A stretch of DNA of 63,838 bases, filler included, from Hyphochytrium catenoides (taxonomy: Eukaryota; Protista; Hyphochytriomycota): NCBI GenBank assembly GCA_900088475.1. It is 6 parts of 6 records of this genome, joined end to end, with 100 filler letters (N's around TTAATTAATTAA, not from the genome) between each part and the next. Parts side by side here need not be neighbours in the genome. Positions count along the whole stretch, not along the records: positions 40,841 to 53,074 come from FLMG01002812.1; positions 53,175 to 54,675 come from FLMG01002082.1; positions 54,776 to 62,709 come from FLMG01001389.1; 3 more parts are not named here. One strand, 5' to 3'. A program made the position numbers and the translations under genes. The notes beneath the pieces are model-generated. The model was not told the DNA's origin and did no database searches. It was given only the letters and a program-made list of their open reading frames with translations. This document shows, piece by piece, positions 48,791-61,130 of this stretch; position 1 is the stretch's first letter; the number at the start of each line of letters is the position of its first letter.

Positions 48791-51219
48791 GTTTTCCTTT
48801 AGAAAAGAGAAGAGAAAAAATCGTCAGCTCTTCCCTAGCTTTTCTTTATAAAAACTCACTGGTGGAGTCTGGAGTCTGGCGCTCCGCTCAGGAGACGGAA
48901 GGTTCAACTATGAGAGCTCCTCTTCTTGGAAAGACAGAGAGGAGCAAGCAAGCTCTCTTCTTTCCTCTCCTCTCTTTCTTCAAACTTCAAGGTTTCCATC
49001 TTTCTTGCTCTGTCTGTCTCTCCTCTCTTTCCCTATCCTCTCTCTCTCTCCTTCTTTGATGCACACTCTCTCTTCTTTTCTTGACCGATAGCCCGCCTGG
49101 TCTCTTCTTCCAGTTCTTACCTTGCTACGCAGCTCGATTCCGTCCTCCTCTTCCCATTCTGATACCTCTCAATGCCCTTCTTTCTCTCTCTTTCTCTCTC
49201 TCCCATACTTTCTCGGCTGAATACTCTCGTTTTGCACCTGTGTTTGACAGACCTCACTCTCTCTAAATCATCTCCGTCCCTTTTTTCTAGCTGATACTTC
49301 GTTGCCAGCTAGTCTCAACCAAGAGGACATGGAACCAAAAGTAGGGGTAAACAAAGAAAGGAGATAAAGACAGAAACGGGGAGAGAGAGAGAGAGAAAGT
49401 AGGAAAAGAAATCTTGATGAAGACTACTCGCAGTTCATTTCTAACTGAGAAAGGGTTGGCGAACCAAAAGTGCTGGGCCAGGGAAAGGGACAGGTCAGTG
49501 TTGGCCCTGCTACAATTGACCAACCACCATCGCTTTCTATGAAGTAGGAGGATCTTGGGCTCAGGTTATAGACCAAAAGAGAGAAGACATAAAGTGATAA
49601 GGAGGAGGGAGAGAATGGCAAGAAGAGAGAGAGTATAAAATAGACAGAAAGTGTAAGTGGGAGAGAGAGAGGGCAATAGAAGGAGAGGGAGAGGAGAGAG
49701 AGAGAAAGAGAGAGAGACACAGAGAGAGAGAGAGAGAGAGAGAGGCGGACTGGGTCCCGGTATTCAGGCTAAAACGGTAGTACCACCGTATCTACCCCTG
49801 TTTGCTCTCTCCTAAACCCCCTTTAGCTCGTTCGGAGAAGCTTGTTACTGATGTCAGAAACTACTCTATCGGTAGAGATAGGAACACATTTTCACCAAAC
49901 TGGGTATTAGCAACCACCTAGCCACATTTACTGGTATCTAGAAGCCGTTAGCGGCTATGCTGTCCCATTCCTAGCCTTATAACGTCCGTTAGCGGCTTTG
50001 GTTAGCTCATATACCATCTATTGGGACGCTGGGACTGTGGCCGCGAGCCCTTTATTAGGTGGGCTCTTGACCCTAGAGAGGCCTAAGAAGTTTGCCAATT
50101 ATTTCTATGGGAAGAGGCCAACCCATCTAATTATTTGGCTTATTATTAGGAGCGAGGCTGCTCGATCAGCACCCCGAGCAGGAGGCTGATGGACCAGCAG
50201 AACACACGGCCGCCCTCGAGATCTTGATAGAACGTCGCCAGTAGAAGACGTCTGCATCGCCCATAGTTCTACATAGTTCTAGCTCTCTCCATCCACCATG
50301 ACAGGGGAAGGGATGTCTAATTGACGTCACGCCGCACTGAAGGAGTGGTTGACTGATCACGGCACCGGCTTTGTTCCTACATCCTCTATCCTGCGCTTAG
50401 TAGTCGGGAGCAATGACAAGAGCAGCTATTTATTGATCGTTCTAGAGTCTAGAGCGTCTATCCACGCGACTTGCTCCCTGCAGCGGCCCTCAACTCACTC
50501 CAGCAGCCCTCTCCCTGCTAACTGCTAACTATGTAGCTATAGAGATAGCGCCAGACAGCAGTTGCAAATAACTGAGGAGAAAGTCGATAAAGGAGAGGAG
50601 AATCTGCTACGTCCTCCGCTGTAGCGACTTTAAAACCATTCTTCTCTCCTCTTCTGTCAGAAGAAGAACGGAAGAAGGCGCTGGAAAAGGAGGAAGAAGA
50701 AGAAGAAGGTCAGGGGTTGTCAGTCCATTCTCAGGCACGTCTTCCCATTCCTTGTCAGCTGATCCTAGAATTTTTCTGGAAAATTAAAAGGCTTCACGGA
50801 TGTGACCTCAGGAGGACACCTCTCTTGTTAGACATAATAGTCTGACGTTAGATCAGCGGCCACATTCTCTCTTCTACCATTGCTGTCTCCTTTTCTTTCT
50901 CTGGTAGTCCTGGTCCTTACGTTGTCTCTCTCTCTCTCTTTCTGCCAATGTAGCTCTCCATTATCTCTATTCTTCACCACGGTGTGTCTCTCTCCTTGAG
51001 CTGCTTCCTTCGGTCTCTCTAAGACTATTATTGTCGAGCTCTGCGGCGTCTTTCACGTCTTCACTTTCTCGAAGATCTCGACGCATTCCCTGCGAAACAC
51101 TTTAGCCCAGAGAGAGAGGCATTCCCCAGTTCTCGGGCATCGCCAGAGAAACGCAGACGAAGAGAGAGAGAGAGAGAGAATGGGAGAGAGAGAGAGGTGT
51201 GTATGTGTGTGTGTGTGTG

Positions 51220-51276
<57 letters not shown>

Positions 51277-51925
51277 AGGGAACGGGACATGAGAGTAACT
51301 ATGCGCGGGGAGGCGAGAGATGAAAGTGAGGAACATGGAAGCACGCGAGAGGCAGAAAGCAAACAAGCACCACAAAGAGGAGGGTTGAAAGGAAAGTGGC
51401 TGTCTTCTTAGGGACCGCAAGCTTCGCCAACAATGAGCCCTGACGAGGATGCCAATCACCTTCCGATGAACTTATTCGGACAGAACCTGGACAAAAGAGG
51501 GAGAGGATCCAAGCGCTTCTTTTCTCTCCTTCCTTTCATCGCGTCATCTATTGCCTAGTCCGTAGAGGGGAACGTAGTGAAAGACGATCTAAAATTAATT
51601 AGCAAGTCGTCGGTAGCAGCATTCTCTCTCTTCTGTCTCTTTCCCTCACCAATCACCCTCCCTCCCTGATTTGTTACCGTCTCTTTCTCTCTCTCTCCCT
51701 CTGTCTCCTTTCTCTTCTTTGTAATCCCTCTCTAATGCGGCCAGGAAGCTCGATTCAAACTCAAGAAGAGTCAAAAGAGACGCATGGGAACATGTTTGCC
51801 CTTATATTTACATTAGTAAGGAAAGGGACCAGCGGCAGCAATGTGCGGCACACCTAGAGGAAGATCATGAGAGAGAGAAGATACAGGGCTAGACCATGGG
51901 ATGTGGACCTAGTTGCCCCGAGGAA

Positions 51926-51973
<48 letters not shown>

Positions 51974-52068
51974 CTGCTTCAGAAAAGCAGGAGCAAGAGG
52001 TAGAGGCCAAAAAAGGAGAAAGAAAGAATGAGATGTGGTCAGAGGACAGTCCTTTCTGTCCGTGCTTT

Positions 52069-52871
52069 TTACTTCTCACTGACATCTGAAATAAACTTTT
52101 GAGCCTGGAGGGCGCTCAGCACGTTCCGAAGACCGTCCATAGCCTCCCTATCGCGCTTTGTTGCTTGCTGGAAGAAGGACAGCAAGCTGATCTTCGCTAG
52201 CTCAACTGAGAGCGTGCTCGTTGGCGCGTCCCCTGACTTACAAGCGGCACCCTGTAGCCCAGCGCTTTTATCGCAGTCAATGAAGTTCATATGTCCAGCC
52301 TTTGACACCTCAAACGCCATAGAATCCCTTGTGCTGGCCTCCTGGAAGCTGCGATAGTTGCACTTTGCAGGAGCGCAAGCCTGTAAGCCGCTAGGTCCAT
52401 ACTCTGAGCCCACGAAGAGGTAATCCACGTTCCTCTGGCTGCCCGCCTGCATCGCCTTTATTGCAGCAACTGCAGAAGGATTCTGCGCATTGACAGAGCT
52501 TCCAGGAGCTGGACAGTCCACAGGATCCAGCACAGCGACAGCTGAGAAGCGGCTATCGAAGGTGGAAGCAAGGACAGAGGCCTTCCCACCGAGGGAATGA
52601 CCGAAAGCTAAGGCTGTGGAGCGGTCAAAGCTTGCGTCTACGTTGAGATGTGCCCAGTCCACCAGCCCACGGGTCAGGTTAGCTCTTGCGCCGTGCGGTA
52701 TCGAAGAGAAGATTCCTTCGGTTGGCGTGTGAGTGACAACGACGTAGCCATAGGAGGCGAGGTAGCCCATGTAGCTCTCATAGAGGTTGGAGTTCAGCGT
52801 GAAGCCCGGAGAGAAGACGATTAGGTTGAAGACGGAGGAGAAGGAGCTCGAGCAAGAGGTTGGTGCGATCA
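52069..52871 (-). CDS. Chlorophyllase-like alpha/beta hydrolase, terminal exon (5' exons lost at the contig break)
   Basis: Acceptor CACAG at 52872. Contains VFSPGF...YESYMGYLASYGYVVV, nucleophile GHSLGG, LDPVD, CAP and GHMNFID, the Ser-Asp-His layout of chlorophyllase/PETase-like families. Confidence 0.75.
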
Positions 52872-52927
52872 CTGTGAGAGGCGAAGAGAAGAAGAGTTAG
52901 TCGTGCACACAGAGGAGCAACAGGATA

Positions 52928-52968
<41 letters not shown>

Positions 52969-53074
52969 GAGATAGCAAGCAATGAATGTGAGGGAGGGAG
53001 AGAATCCACTCTGCCACGACGATGTTCATGTGAGAGAGAGAGAGACACGGAGAGAGAGAGAGAGAGAGAGAGAG

Positions 53075-53174
53075 NNNNNNNNNNNNNNNNNNNNNNNNNN
53101 NNNNNNNNNNNNNNNNNNTTAATTAATTAANNNNNNNNNNNNNNNNNNNNNNNNNNNNNNNNNNNNNNNNNNNN
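53075..53174. other. Artificial contig spacer N44-TTAATTAATTAA-N44
   Basis: Linker at 53119-53130. Confidence 0.95.
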
Positions 53175-53225
53175 TCTTCCGCATCCTGTCTCTCTCTCTC
53201 TCTCTCTCTTCCTCTCGGCTCTGAC

Positions 53226-54675
53226 CTTGGATATGCCCACAGAAGAGTTGGAAGCGGTGCATCTTTGCCCTCCTGCCAGCCTGGCGGCGTATATATGACA
53301 GCCGTTAGCTCAACTCCGTCAGCTCTCTTATACTTCACCAGCTCTTTCTTGATATCCCTGCCAGACAAAGGAAAACAGAAGGAATGAGATGAAGGAAGCG
53401 AAAGAGGCAGAGAGAGACACAGAGAGAGGGAGACACAGAGACACAGACAAGAGAGAGAAAGAGAGAGAGAGAGAAGGAGAGACAGAAAAGGAATACACAG
53501 GAAGAGAGGAAACGGTTAAGGGCCGCTCAAAGAGCCTGTGAGATGGGAGAAAGAAAGAAGAGGGATGCAAAGAGAGAACGAGAGAGAGACACAGAGAGAA
53601 ACAGTTTCTCATTCCCCTACCGCAGATGAGGATATGGATGGGAGAAGTTTGTGAGAGGAAGGATCTTTCTTCCTTCTCCTATCTCTCGAAGCTGGTAGTT
53701 CGCTGGGTTGGTCTGTGACTCCACCTGCGTCAACACCACGACTGGGCGGGTAGAAGGCTCCACGCGGACGGCAGCATGGATCACTTCATAGATTGGAGGC
53801 GATGACTGCCAGAGGCGGGAAGTACGGAGATCGTCGAGAGAGAGCTCGTCGAGAAAAGGCTTATCACCCTGGTTTTAATGTAGAGGAGAGAGAGAGGAAG
53901 AGAAATGATATGAGCAAAGAGAGCAAGGGTGACAACGAGAGAGGAAGAGACAGAGAAAAGAGGAAGAGAACCCAGAGAGAGAAAGAGGAACGAGGATGCA
54001 GAGTTCTCAAATATTAACCATTTACTAGAATAGGGAGTGGACGGCAAACGATGGGCAAAAGTTAGAAGAGGGAGAGAGAAAGAGACTGTAGGAGAGAAAC
54101 AGAAAGAGTGCTAGTGAGCTGCAGAGGAGAGTGCAATGTTCACTCTGCTTTCCCTCTCCGGTACCTCAGGTCCGGCTCCTGGTCCCGCTAGGAGGATGCT
54201 GTGCCCAGCGCCCACATTATCGGACTGACCTGTCCCTGTAGAGATGAGGACAATGTCAGCCTTCCTAAAGAGTCTACGGCCCTTCCTTGTTCTTCTAATT
54301 GTCTCTTTCTCCTGCCCCCTCTCTCTTCTCACCCCCTCTCCCTATCTCTCACTCTCTCTCTGTCTTTCTTCCCTTTCTCTCCTTTGTTCTCTTTTCCTTG
54401 GTCAGAGTTACTAGGTTCATATGTAAGGATGTCATTCTCTTCGTGGAGAGCTTCAACAGCCGTCAATCCTAGCTCTCTCTAGCTCTCTCTCTCGCTCTCG
54501 CTCTCTCTCTCTCTCTCTGTTTTCTGCCTCCCCAGAGTTTGCTTCCTGGGATCATTGGAACGATCCTTCTCCACCATCGTGCTCTCTCTTTCTCTTCTAT
54601 TTCCTGTGAGTTACCTGTCTTGGAGGTCAACAGCACCTGCCTCCCGTATTTATTATAGCGGATGAGCGGATCGCC
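53226..54675 (-). CDS. S9-family peptidase, glutamyl endopeptidase (CGEP/S9D)-like, internal fragment of 4 exons
   Basis: Spliced translation: GDPLIRYNKYGRQVL ... LAGPGAGPEGDKPFLDELSL ... RLWQS ... ESQTNPANY ... LTNFSHPYPHLRDIKKELVKYKRADGVELTAVIYTPPGW ... PLPTLLWAYPR. Confidence 0.85.
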
Positions 54676-54775
54676 NNNNNNNNNNNNNNNNNNNNNNNNN
54701 NNNNNNNNNNNNNNNNNNNTTAATTAATTAANNNNNNNNNNNNNNNNNNNNNNNNNNNNNNNNNNNNNNNNNNNN
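54676..54775. other. Artificial contig spacer N44-TTAATTAATTAA-N44
   Basis: Linker at 54720-54731. Confidence 0.95.
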
Positions 54776-55950
54776 CGCAATGAGAAGAATCTCACACGGT
54801 TGCCTCCTTGGGTGAGAATCAACTTGGGTTTTGCGGGCGTTAGTTAGGTAATAGCGATGTGGGTTTGGAGAGCGCATCTGTGTTTTGGCCAAGGGGAAGA
54901 GTCACAGCAGAGTGGCCAGTTGAAGTCTTGGCAAGCCCACCCAGCCCTAATGTGTTTTCGTTATTGTGGTGGGTGGGAGATTGTAAGGAAGCTTGCCATA
55001 TCCATTACTATTTTGGTGACAAATTTGATTCTGCCTGTTTCCTAGGGGGGAACCTTTCTACAATAGAGGATTTCTGTATTATTACTACACTGGGGACTAT
55101 GGCTCTGCTAGCTGCTCTGCTACTAGGAAGTAGAACGTTGCTACAAGTACAAGTACAAGTATTACCACGAGAGTGTTTCCTTTTACTTGTACTTCTCATT
55201 CGTCTTTGCATTTCTTCTTCTTTTGTTGATGATTTATACTTCTTTTGTAAGTTCTTCCTCTATGAATACGGAGTATTACTTTCGTGCTGCCCCTCTTTTC
55301 TTCGGTCCTACTACTAGGAGCTCCTACTCCTTCGCGGATTCCTATCCATCATCAGCCATATCTTGCATTAATAGTAGTAGGGTTATCATTTATCATAATA
55401 GCTACTAGTAGAACTAATAATCTCCATTGATTGGGACCACCACACGGACGATCTCGATTATTTAGCAGAGATCTGTATCTTCTCTTCACGTCCTTGTGTT
55501 GATGTCCAACAACAGCATTGATCTGCCTCCTCGGTAATCACTTCTTCTGGTTCCTCTTTTTTTCTAACCCTCCTGCTCTTTGTTCAATGTGACACGACGG
55601 TAGAAGGGCAGAAAGACAAGAGCAACAAGTCCAAAAGGATGAGTAGTAGTAGGAGCAGCCACAGCAAGCAGTTAGTTATCATAAGGGATCGGACGGAGCA
55701 GTAGCGACCCCAAAGGAGGAGGAGATAAGGACGGACTAGTAGTATTGCGTCCAGAGGCCCACCCCTTGACGATTATAATAGGGCCACTGTAGTAATTGAC
55801 TCTCCCTGTCGTTGTTTCACACACCGGCGGGCCGTCAGTAGTGTCCACCACAAGCAAGGGTAATAATAGCGGTAGACCTTATTAAGTGCTGCTCTAGTAG
55901 TACACCATCAGCTTGATCGCTGCTGGAAGCAATGCAGATAATTGTCTCAT

Positions 55951-56031
55951 CTGGATATAGCCGCCTACTATACTACACTGGATATAGACGCCTATACACT
56001 TTAACTGGATATAGCGGCCTATACACCATAA
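55951..56031. repeat. 27-bp tandem repeat, 3 copies
   Basis: CTGGATATAG..GCCTA... units start at 55951, 55978 and 56005. Confidence 0.85.
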
Positions 56032-57284
56032 GTGCGTTCGTTCTTCTTGTTGTGGTTTATTTTGATGAGACTGGACAGAGCCGGCCTCCCTGGTGCTTCC
56101 ACCTCTCCTCGCTCACCCAGCCACCAAGCCGTATGCGATAAGTGGGACAAAGCAGGGATCTTATACATGATAATGACGCACGCATGCCTAAAAGGAGAGA
56201 CGTGGCTTCCATGTACAGGCCTCTTATCTGTTGGTGTGGCGTCGACCGAGCGTACATAATACATAATAAATCGTTTGGGTGCCTGCTCTTAGCGCTGTCC
56301 TAAGTCACTCGTCGTTCATTATTGTTGCATCTAGCAGCTGCTGCGCTACCACATCATCACGATTGCCTGTTGTAGTACTGTAGTAGGAAGGGCAGCTACC
56401 GAGAACCGCCGCCTTCTTATTAGTGGCCCAGGTTCTTCTCCTGTCTTCACAGGGAGAGGATTCACCTAGAAACCCAACAATGAACGAAGTAGTGGGTTCC
56501 TACACGGTGTGTACCATCTCTGCTCCTCCTCCTAACAAAGACAGCCTCCCTCCTTGTTGCACCCACCAACATTAAGATCATCTTCCATTTGGTGCTCTTC
56601 TCTTGTTGTTGCATGGATTTTCGTCGCGATGCTATAGGTCTCACGGTCTATGACAACACCAGTTCTTGCTCTTTTTCCTTCTTCTCAGACGATGCTCACA
56701 TCAGAACCCTGGGAACACTACAACTGCACAGCCTATTCTTCCACTAACCACCTATCCGTAATAGCAGTCATTATATTCGTAAGAACATACCACAATTCAG
56801 GCGATATTTATGATAACAGATACTTGGTGACCTGAAACGCCCGTCCCTCCTTTGACTGCCCTAAGTGAACCATCTCCAGTACTCCCCCAAGAGCATTTAT
56901 TCCCACAACAGGACGAAGAGCATTTGACATGCTGTCTCCCCGTATCTCTCGAGCGCTCTGTCTCCTCACGTTAAGCCCTACCTTCCCTTTGCCTTTCGTC
57001 TATCCCCCATCCTCTGTCTCCCATTCGGGTACCCTGAGATCTTGATAATCAGATGATTGTAGAGCTGAAGCTGAAGCTCTTGGAATCGGCGACCAAGAGA
57101 CTGAGTCTGCATCTTCATCGTGGCAGTCTCTGAAAAAGCTCTCTGGATAACGTCGTGCATTCTATTGGGAGAGGCTTAGCACTGCGATCGGAGGACAGCG
57201 ACGCTTTTCCTTGGCGTCTATAGGAGAAGATTCAGTCTGGTTCTCCTCATAAGACTAGCCTCTCCGTCCCTGTTGAAGTTAAAT

Positions 57285-60200
57285 ATGGTTGCAGCAGGCT
57301 CAAGTGCCGCTGCCGCAGGATTACTGCTTTTAGGAGCCCTGTGCGGCGTAGAGGGCTCGGTTTACTCCCGCTTCGTGTCGTTGAAGCATGAGACTGTGAG
57401 ACATATTGGTTCTTTATTTCTCGGCTAATTATTCTGTGTTGCCTCCATATTGCGGCGAAATATTCTTATGCATGACTGACCAACTGATTGTGCTACACTT
57501 CTATGTCAGTATGTGCAATGGAGCGAGGGGCCAATGTTTTCAAGCTCTTCTTTCCCCTCTGGCCAGGCCTACATCGAGGTAAAACAGCAAACTTCGGCTC
57601 CTTTGCACCCCTTGAAACAAGTTCTGACCCGCTAACACACTCTCTTCCATCTGAACTCTCGTCGGCCTTCTCTCTCCCTCTTTTTATTCTAATCACCGTG
57701 GGTGGCACTGCGCTTCGTCTCTACCACGGATACGGTCTCTACTACCTTACCTCCCTATCTTTGGGTCTCTAGATGAAGTTCAACTTCAGTACTCAGATAC
57801 CTCCAGGCGTTCGAGCTGCAGCTTCGGTGGTACACTTAAGTCCAGGAGATAGCCTCGGCGACAACGAGTGTGCATATATCGATCAACAATGGAAGGCGCC
57901 CTACCAACAGAAGTTTTTTTTCTTCAACTCCACAGCCAAGGACAACAGCACGAGTCTGGTGCCCGCTTCACTCGGTGGCAAAGACGCCGAGGTTATCTTT
58001 GAGGTCACAAAGGAAGGTAAGCAAGCCAGTACCCATTTAGGTAGTTGGGCCAGCGAGAAGAGCTTTGACAGTGCCGCCGCTGCTCGCTGGTTGGCCCCAT
58101 GGGAATGTTAGCAGGGACCGTCTCTTTCGTCTTCTTGCGCTTGGCTTTCTTACTGATGTCCAGTTGATCGGCTCTTTTTCTCCTTGCCAGCAGGACGCCT
58201 TCCTTTGGTTAGCGTTCTCTGCTCTATCTCTGGCATTGGCGTTCTCTTCTTGTTGTTTACTTCCACCTCCTCTCCTGTTTCCGTCCCCCAAGGACGTTAA
58301 GCTCGCTTTTTTTACACTCTGGTTGCGTCTTTTCATCACGTCTAACACTACAATCTTCTCTTGTCAATGTCCAGGACTACAGCTCGTTGTGCTCTCAATC
58401 TGCACGGACTACGCCTTGATCACCATGAACGCAGATGCTCAGCTAAAGTTCCACAACCCGTACGGCTGGCTGCCCGCTTCTTGGTACGGGCAGGTGGTCG
58501 TCTCGGGACTGGTCTTTGCGCTCAGTGGTCTCCTGGACCTGATCTTCCTCTTTCTCTTTTGCAAGTAAGGACAATTTCCCTACTACTAGTCTTGGCGAGT
58601 CATCCTCTACCTTCATTATCTTTTCGTTAGCAACAAGGCTTTTGTTATTACTTCGGGTCACTATCATGTTTGACGCCAGCTTTATTCCGAGCAAGCACGA
58701 AGACATGTATCTTTTGATCGCACCTCTTCATTCTGGTGACTTCCTCTCTGCTTGTGGGACGCTGAAAGTTTGCCTGCTGGTTGCCTTCTCTATAGACACC
58801 GGTCGACAACCATCTGGCTGCAGTGGCTCATACTTCCAGTGCTTCTGATCATGACCGTCGAGGCTCTCACGACCTTTGTTGGCTTCCTTGAGATAAACTC
58901 GTCCGGCGTTCCAGTCTGCTGCCCTACTCCAGACACCCTTTATGCAGGCACTCTTCTCTACGTCTTCCTTAGAACAGCCGGCAGAGTACTGATCCTTATT
59001 ATCGGTTTGGGCTACGGTGTGGTCCGGCCAAAGTTGACTTGCCGAGAGATACTTCTGGTCACGGCTCTGGGGGTCTTCTATGCAGTGGCCGGACTACTCG
59101 TACAAATCCAAATCTATATCATCCAGGTGGGGGCCTCCATCCACAGCCTCTCTTTGGGCTCTGTCGCTTTGTTTTATTCCTCCATTTCCTCTCCCGTTCT
59201 TCCATCTTCCTTGTCCTTATCTGAACGTCTTTTCCTTCCTCTTGATCCTCTGGCCGCAAGCCACCAATTCAAGTTGAGCTTCTGGATAGTGTCACTTTCT
59301 CCCTCTTCCCAAGAAAAGTTCTATAGAGGTCCCTCGCCTGTCTGCTCTATGTCAATCATTACCTCTCTTTAACCTAATTCCACCTTCCTGTGCCTTCCCT
59401 CCTGTGCCCACCTACTCCTGTCCCGCCTCATGTACTTGTACCAGGCATCCCCCGAGGTTGATAGCTCTCAGGACGTATACCAGCAGTGGCAGCTGTTGGA
59501 ACTCTTCGCCAATGCGTGGTTCGCCATTTGGATCTACACTGCAATCAGAAACACCAGGACACAGCTACGGCAGAAGAATCAGAAGGCGAAGACTCAGATG
59601 TACAATTGGTTATATCGCATCTATATCACGTACATCACCGTCGCATGTCTCTTCCTGTTGATCGATCTCGGCATGTAAGTTCTTGTCCATGCGGCCTGTT
59701 CCGACTGCTGGTCTAGCCCCCACTATCTTCCACATTTCTCTTCTGTCTCTGTCTATTCCTCTGTCTCTGTCTCTGCTCGTCGGAGAGTAGTCCTCACCCG
59801 CAGCTGCTACGACGAGAACTCTTTGATGGACGGGCGATCATTTACGTTGTCTATGATGTAGCCCTCTTTTCTTCATATCTTCAGCTGCCTAAGACGTCTA
59901 GAGACCTCTTGCCTCCTTTGTCCTCGTAAGCTCCTGCTTGGGAAAGATTATGCTAATTTTCTGAATCTTCAATACGCGCAGCAATGGTTACTTCTTCGAT
60001 TTCGACCAGCAAGCCTACTGGAAGTTCGCCTGGCTCTCGTCTCTGCAGAAGCTCTTTCTCTTCCTTGTGATCGCGGCGATCTGCTCGATATGGCGGCCTT
60101 CCCCTGTGAGCTATATGTATGCATATTCGCAAGAGGTACGACCAACACGTCTCTGTTCCGAACGCTTCTACTTTTCTCCTGAGCACTTCTTCTACCTTTG

Positions 60201-60584
60201 TTCCCAACGGGAGACAATCTCTTTCCGTATGTACCTCCTTCTTCGGCTCTTGATGAACTGAATCTCCTCGTGTTGTTAGTTCTTCTCTCTACTGACTGTT
60301 CCCAATCTATCTCGTTTACCTCTGCTGGCCATCAGCTTCCCACTAGTGAGAAGGACGCCGATGAAACTGGGGGAGCGACCGCCATTGAAGTTCATGCAAT
60401 GACTCCGGAAAAGATCAAACTTGATATTTCTCCTGAGGAGGGCGATCCCAACTTCAAGATTGCTGACGATGAGGACCACGAGGCGTCACCTTCTGAGAAG
60501 CCCAGCAGTCCGCCCTCGCTTCACGCCCGAGAGAGTGGTGGCCTGCTAGCTGGAGGCAAGAAGGAGAAGACAGATGCAATTTAG
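57285..60584 (+). CDS. GOST-family (TMEM87/GPR107, Lung_7TM) seven-transmembrane protein, ~8 exons
   Basis: Signal peptide MVAAGSSAAAAGLLLLGALCGVEG, then FHNPYGWLPA, ILIIGLGYGVVRPKL, QKAKTQMY and CSIWRPSPVSYMYAYSQE, with an acidic cytosolic tail. GT-AG introns keep the frame. Confidence 0.88.
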
Positions 60585-61130
60585 AAGGTTCTAAGAGGCA
60601 ATCAGCAGAATGAAGAGGGAGGATAGTGGACTAGGAAGCCGCTGAGCTAATTCGCTGAGTGATGCGGGCCTAATGGTGATAAGAGGAGGTAGAGTGGTCC
60701 GCGTGCACACTAGAATGCATCTAGACGGTTATGTTCAAGAGAGCCAGAACGGTATTTTCTTTCTAAGTTAATAGGGAGTTTAGGGACGAAGACTCTTTGT
60801 CGCTTGATGCTTTGTTTTGAAGACATCACACCGTTGGACCTTCACTGGTCTCACGGTGTTTCCTCCAGTTTGCGTCTCTTAACGCAATGATCTCTCTTTC
60901 AATGGTTCTGTCGTTTCTTGTCGAAGAGCTGAGAAGTATCTGAAGAGCTATGCCTTCAAACCGTCCCCCGTGTTCTGACTATGGTACACGGAATAGAGGG
61001 GTACAAAGACTGGCAGAGAAATGGCTAAGGCATCCAGTGCCGCGGCCTACCATCTCCTAGTTATGGAAAGCAGCAGCAGTAGCTCCTTTTTTAATCAGAT
61101 GCAATCGGCACCAGATGGACAGCTACAGTG

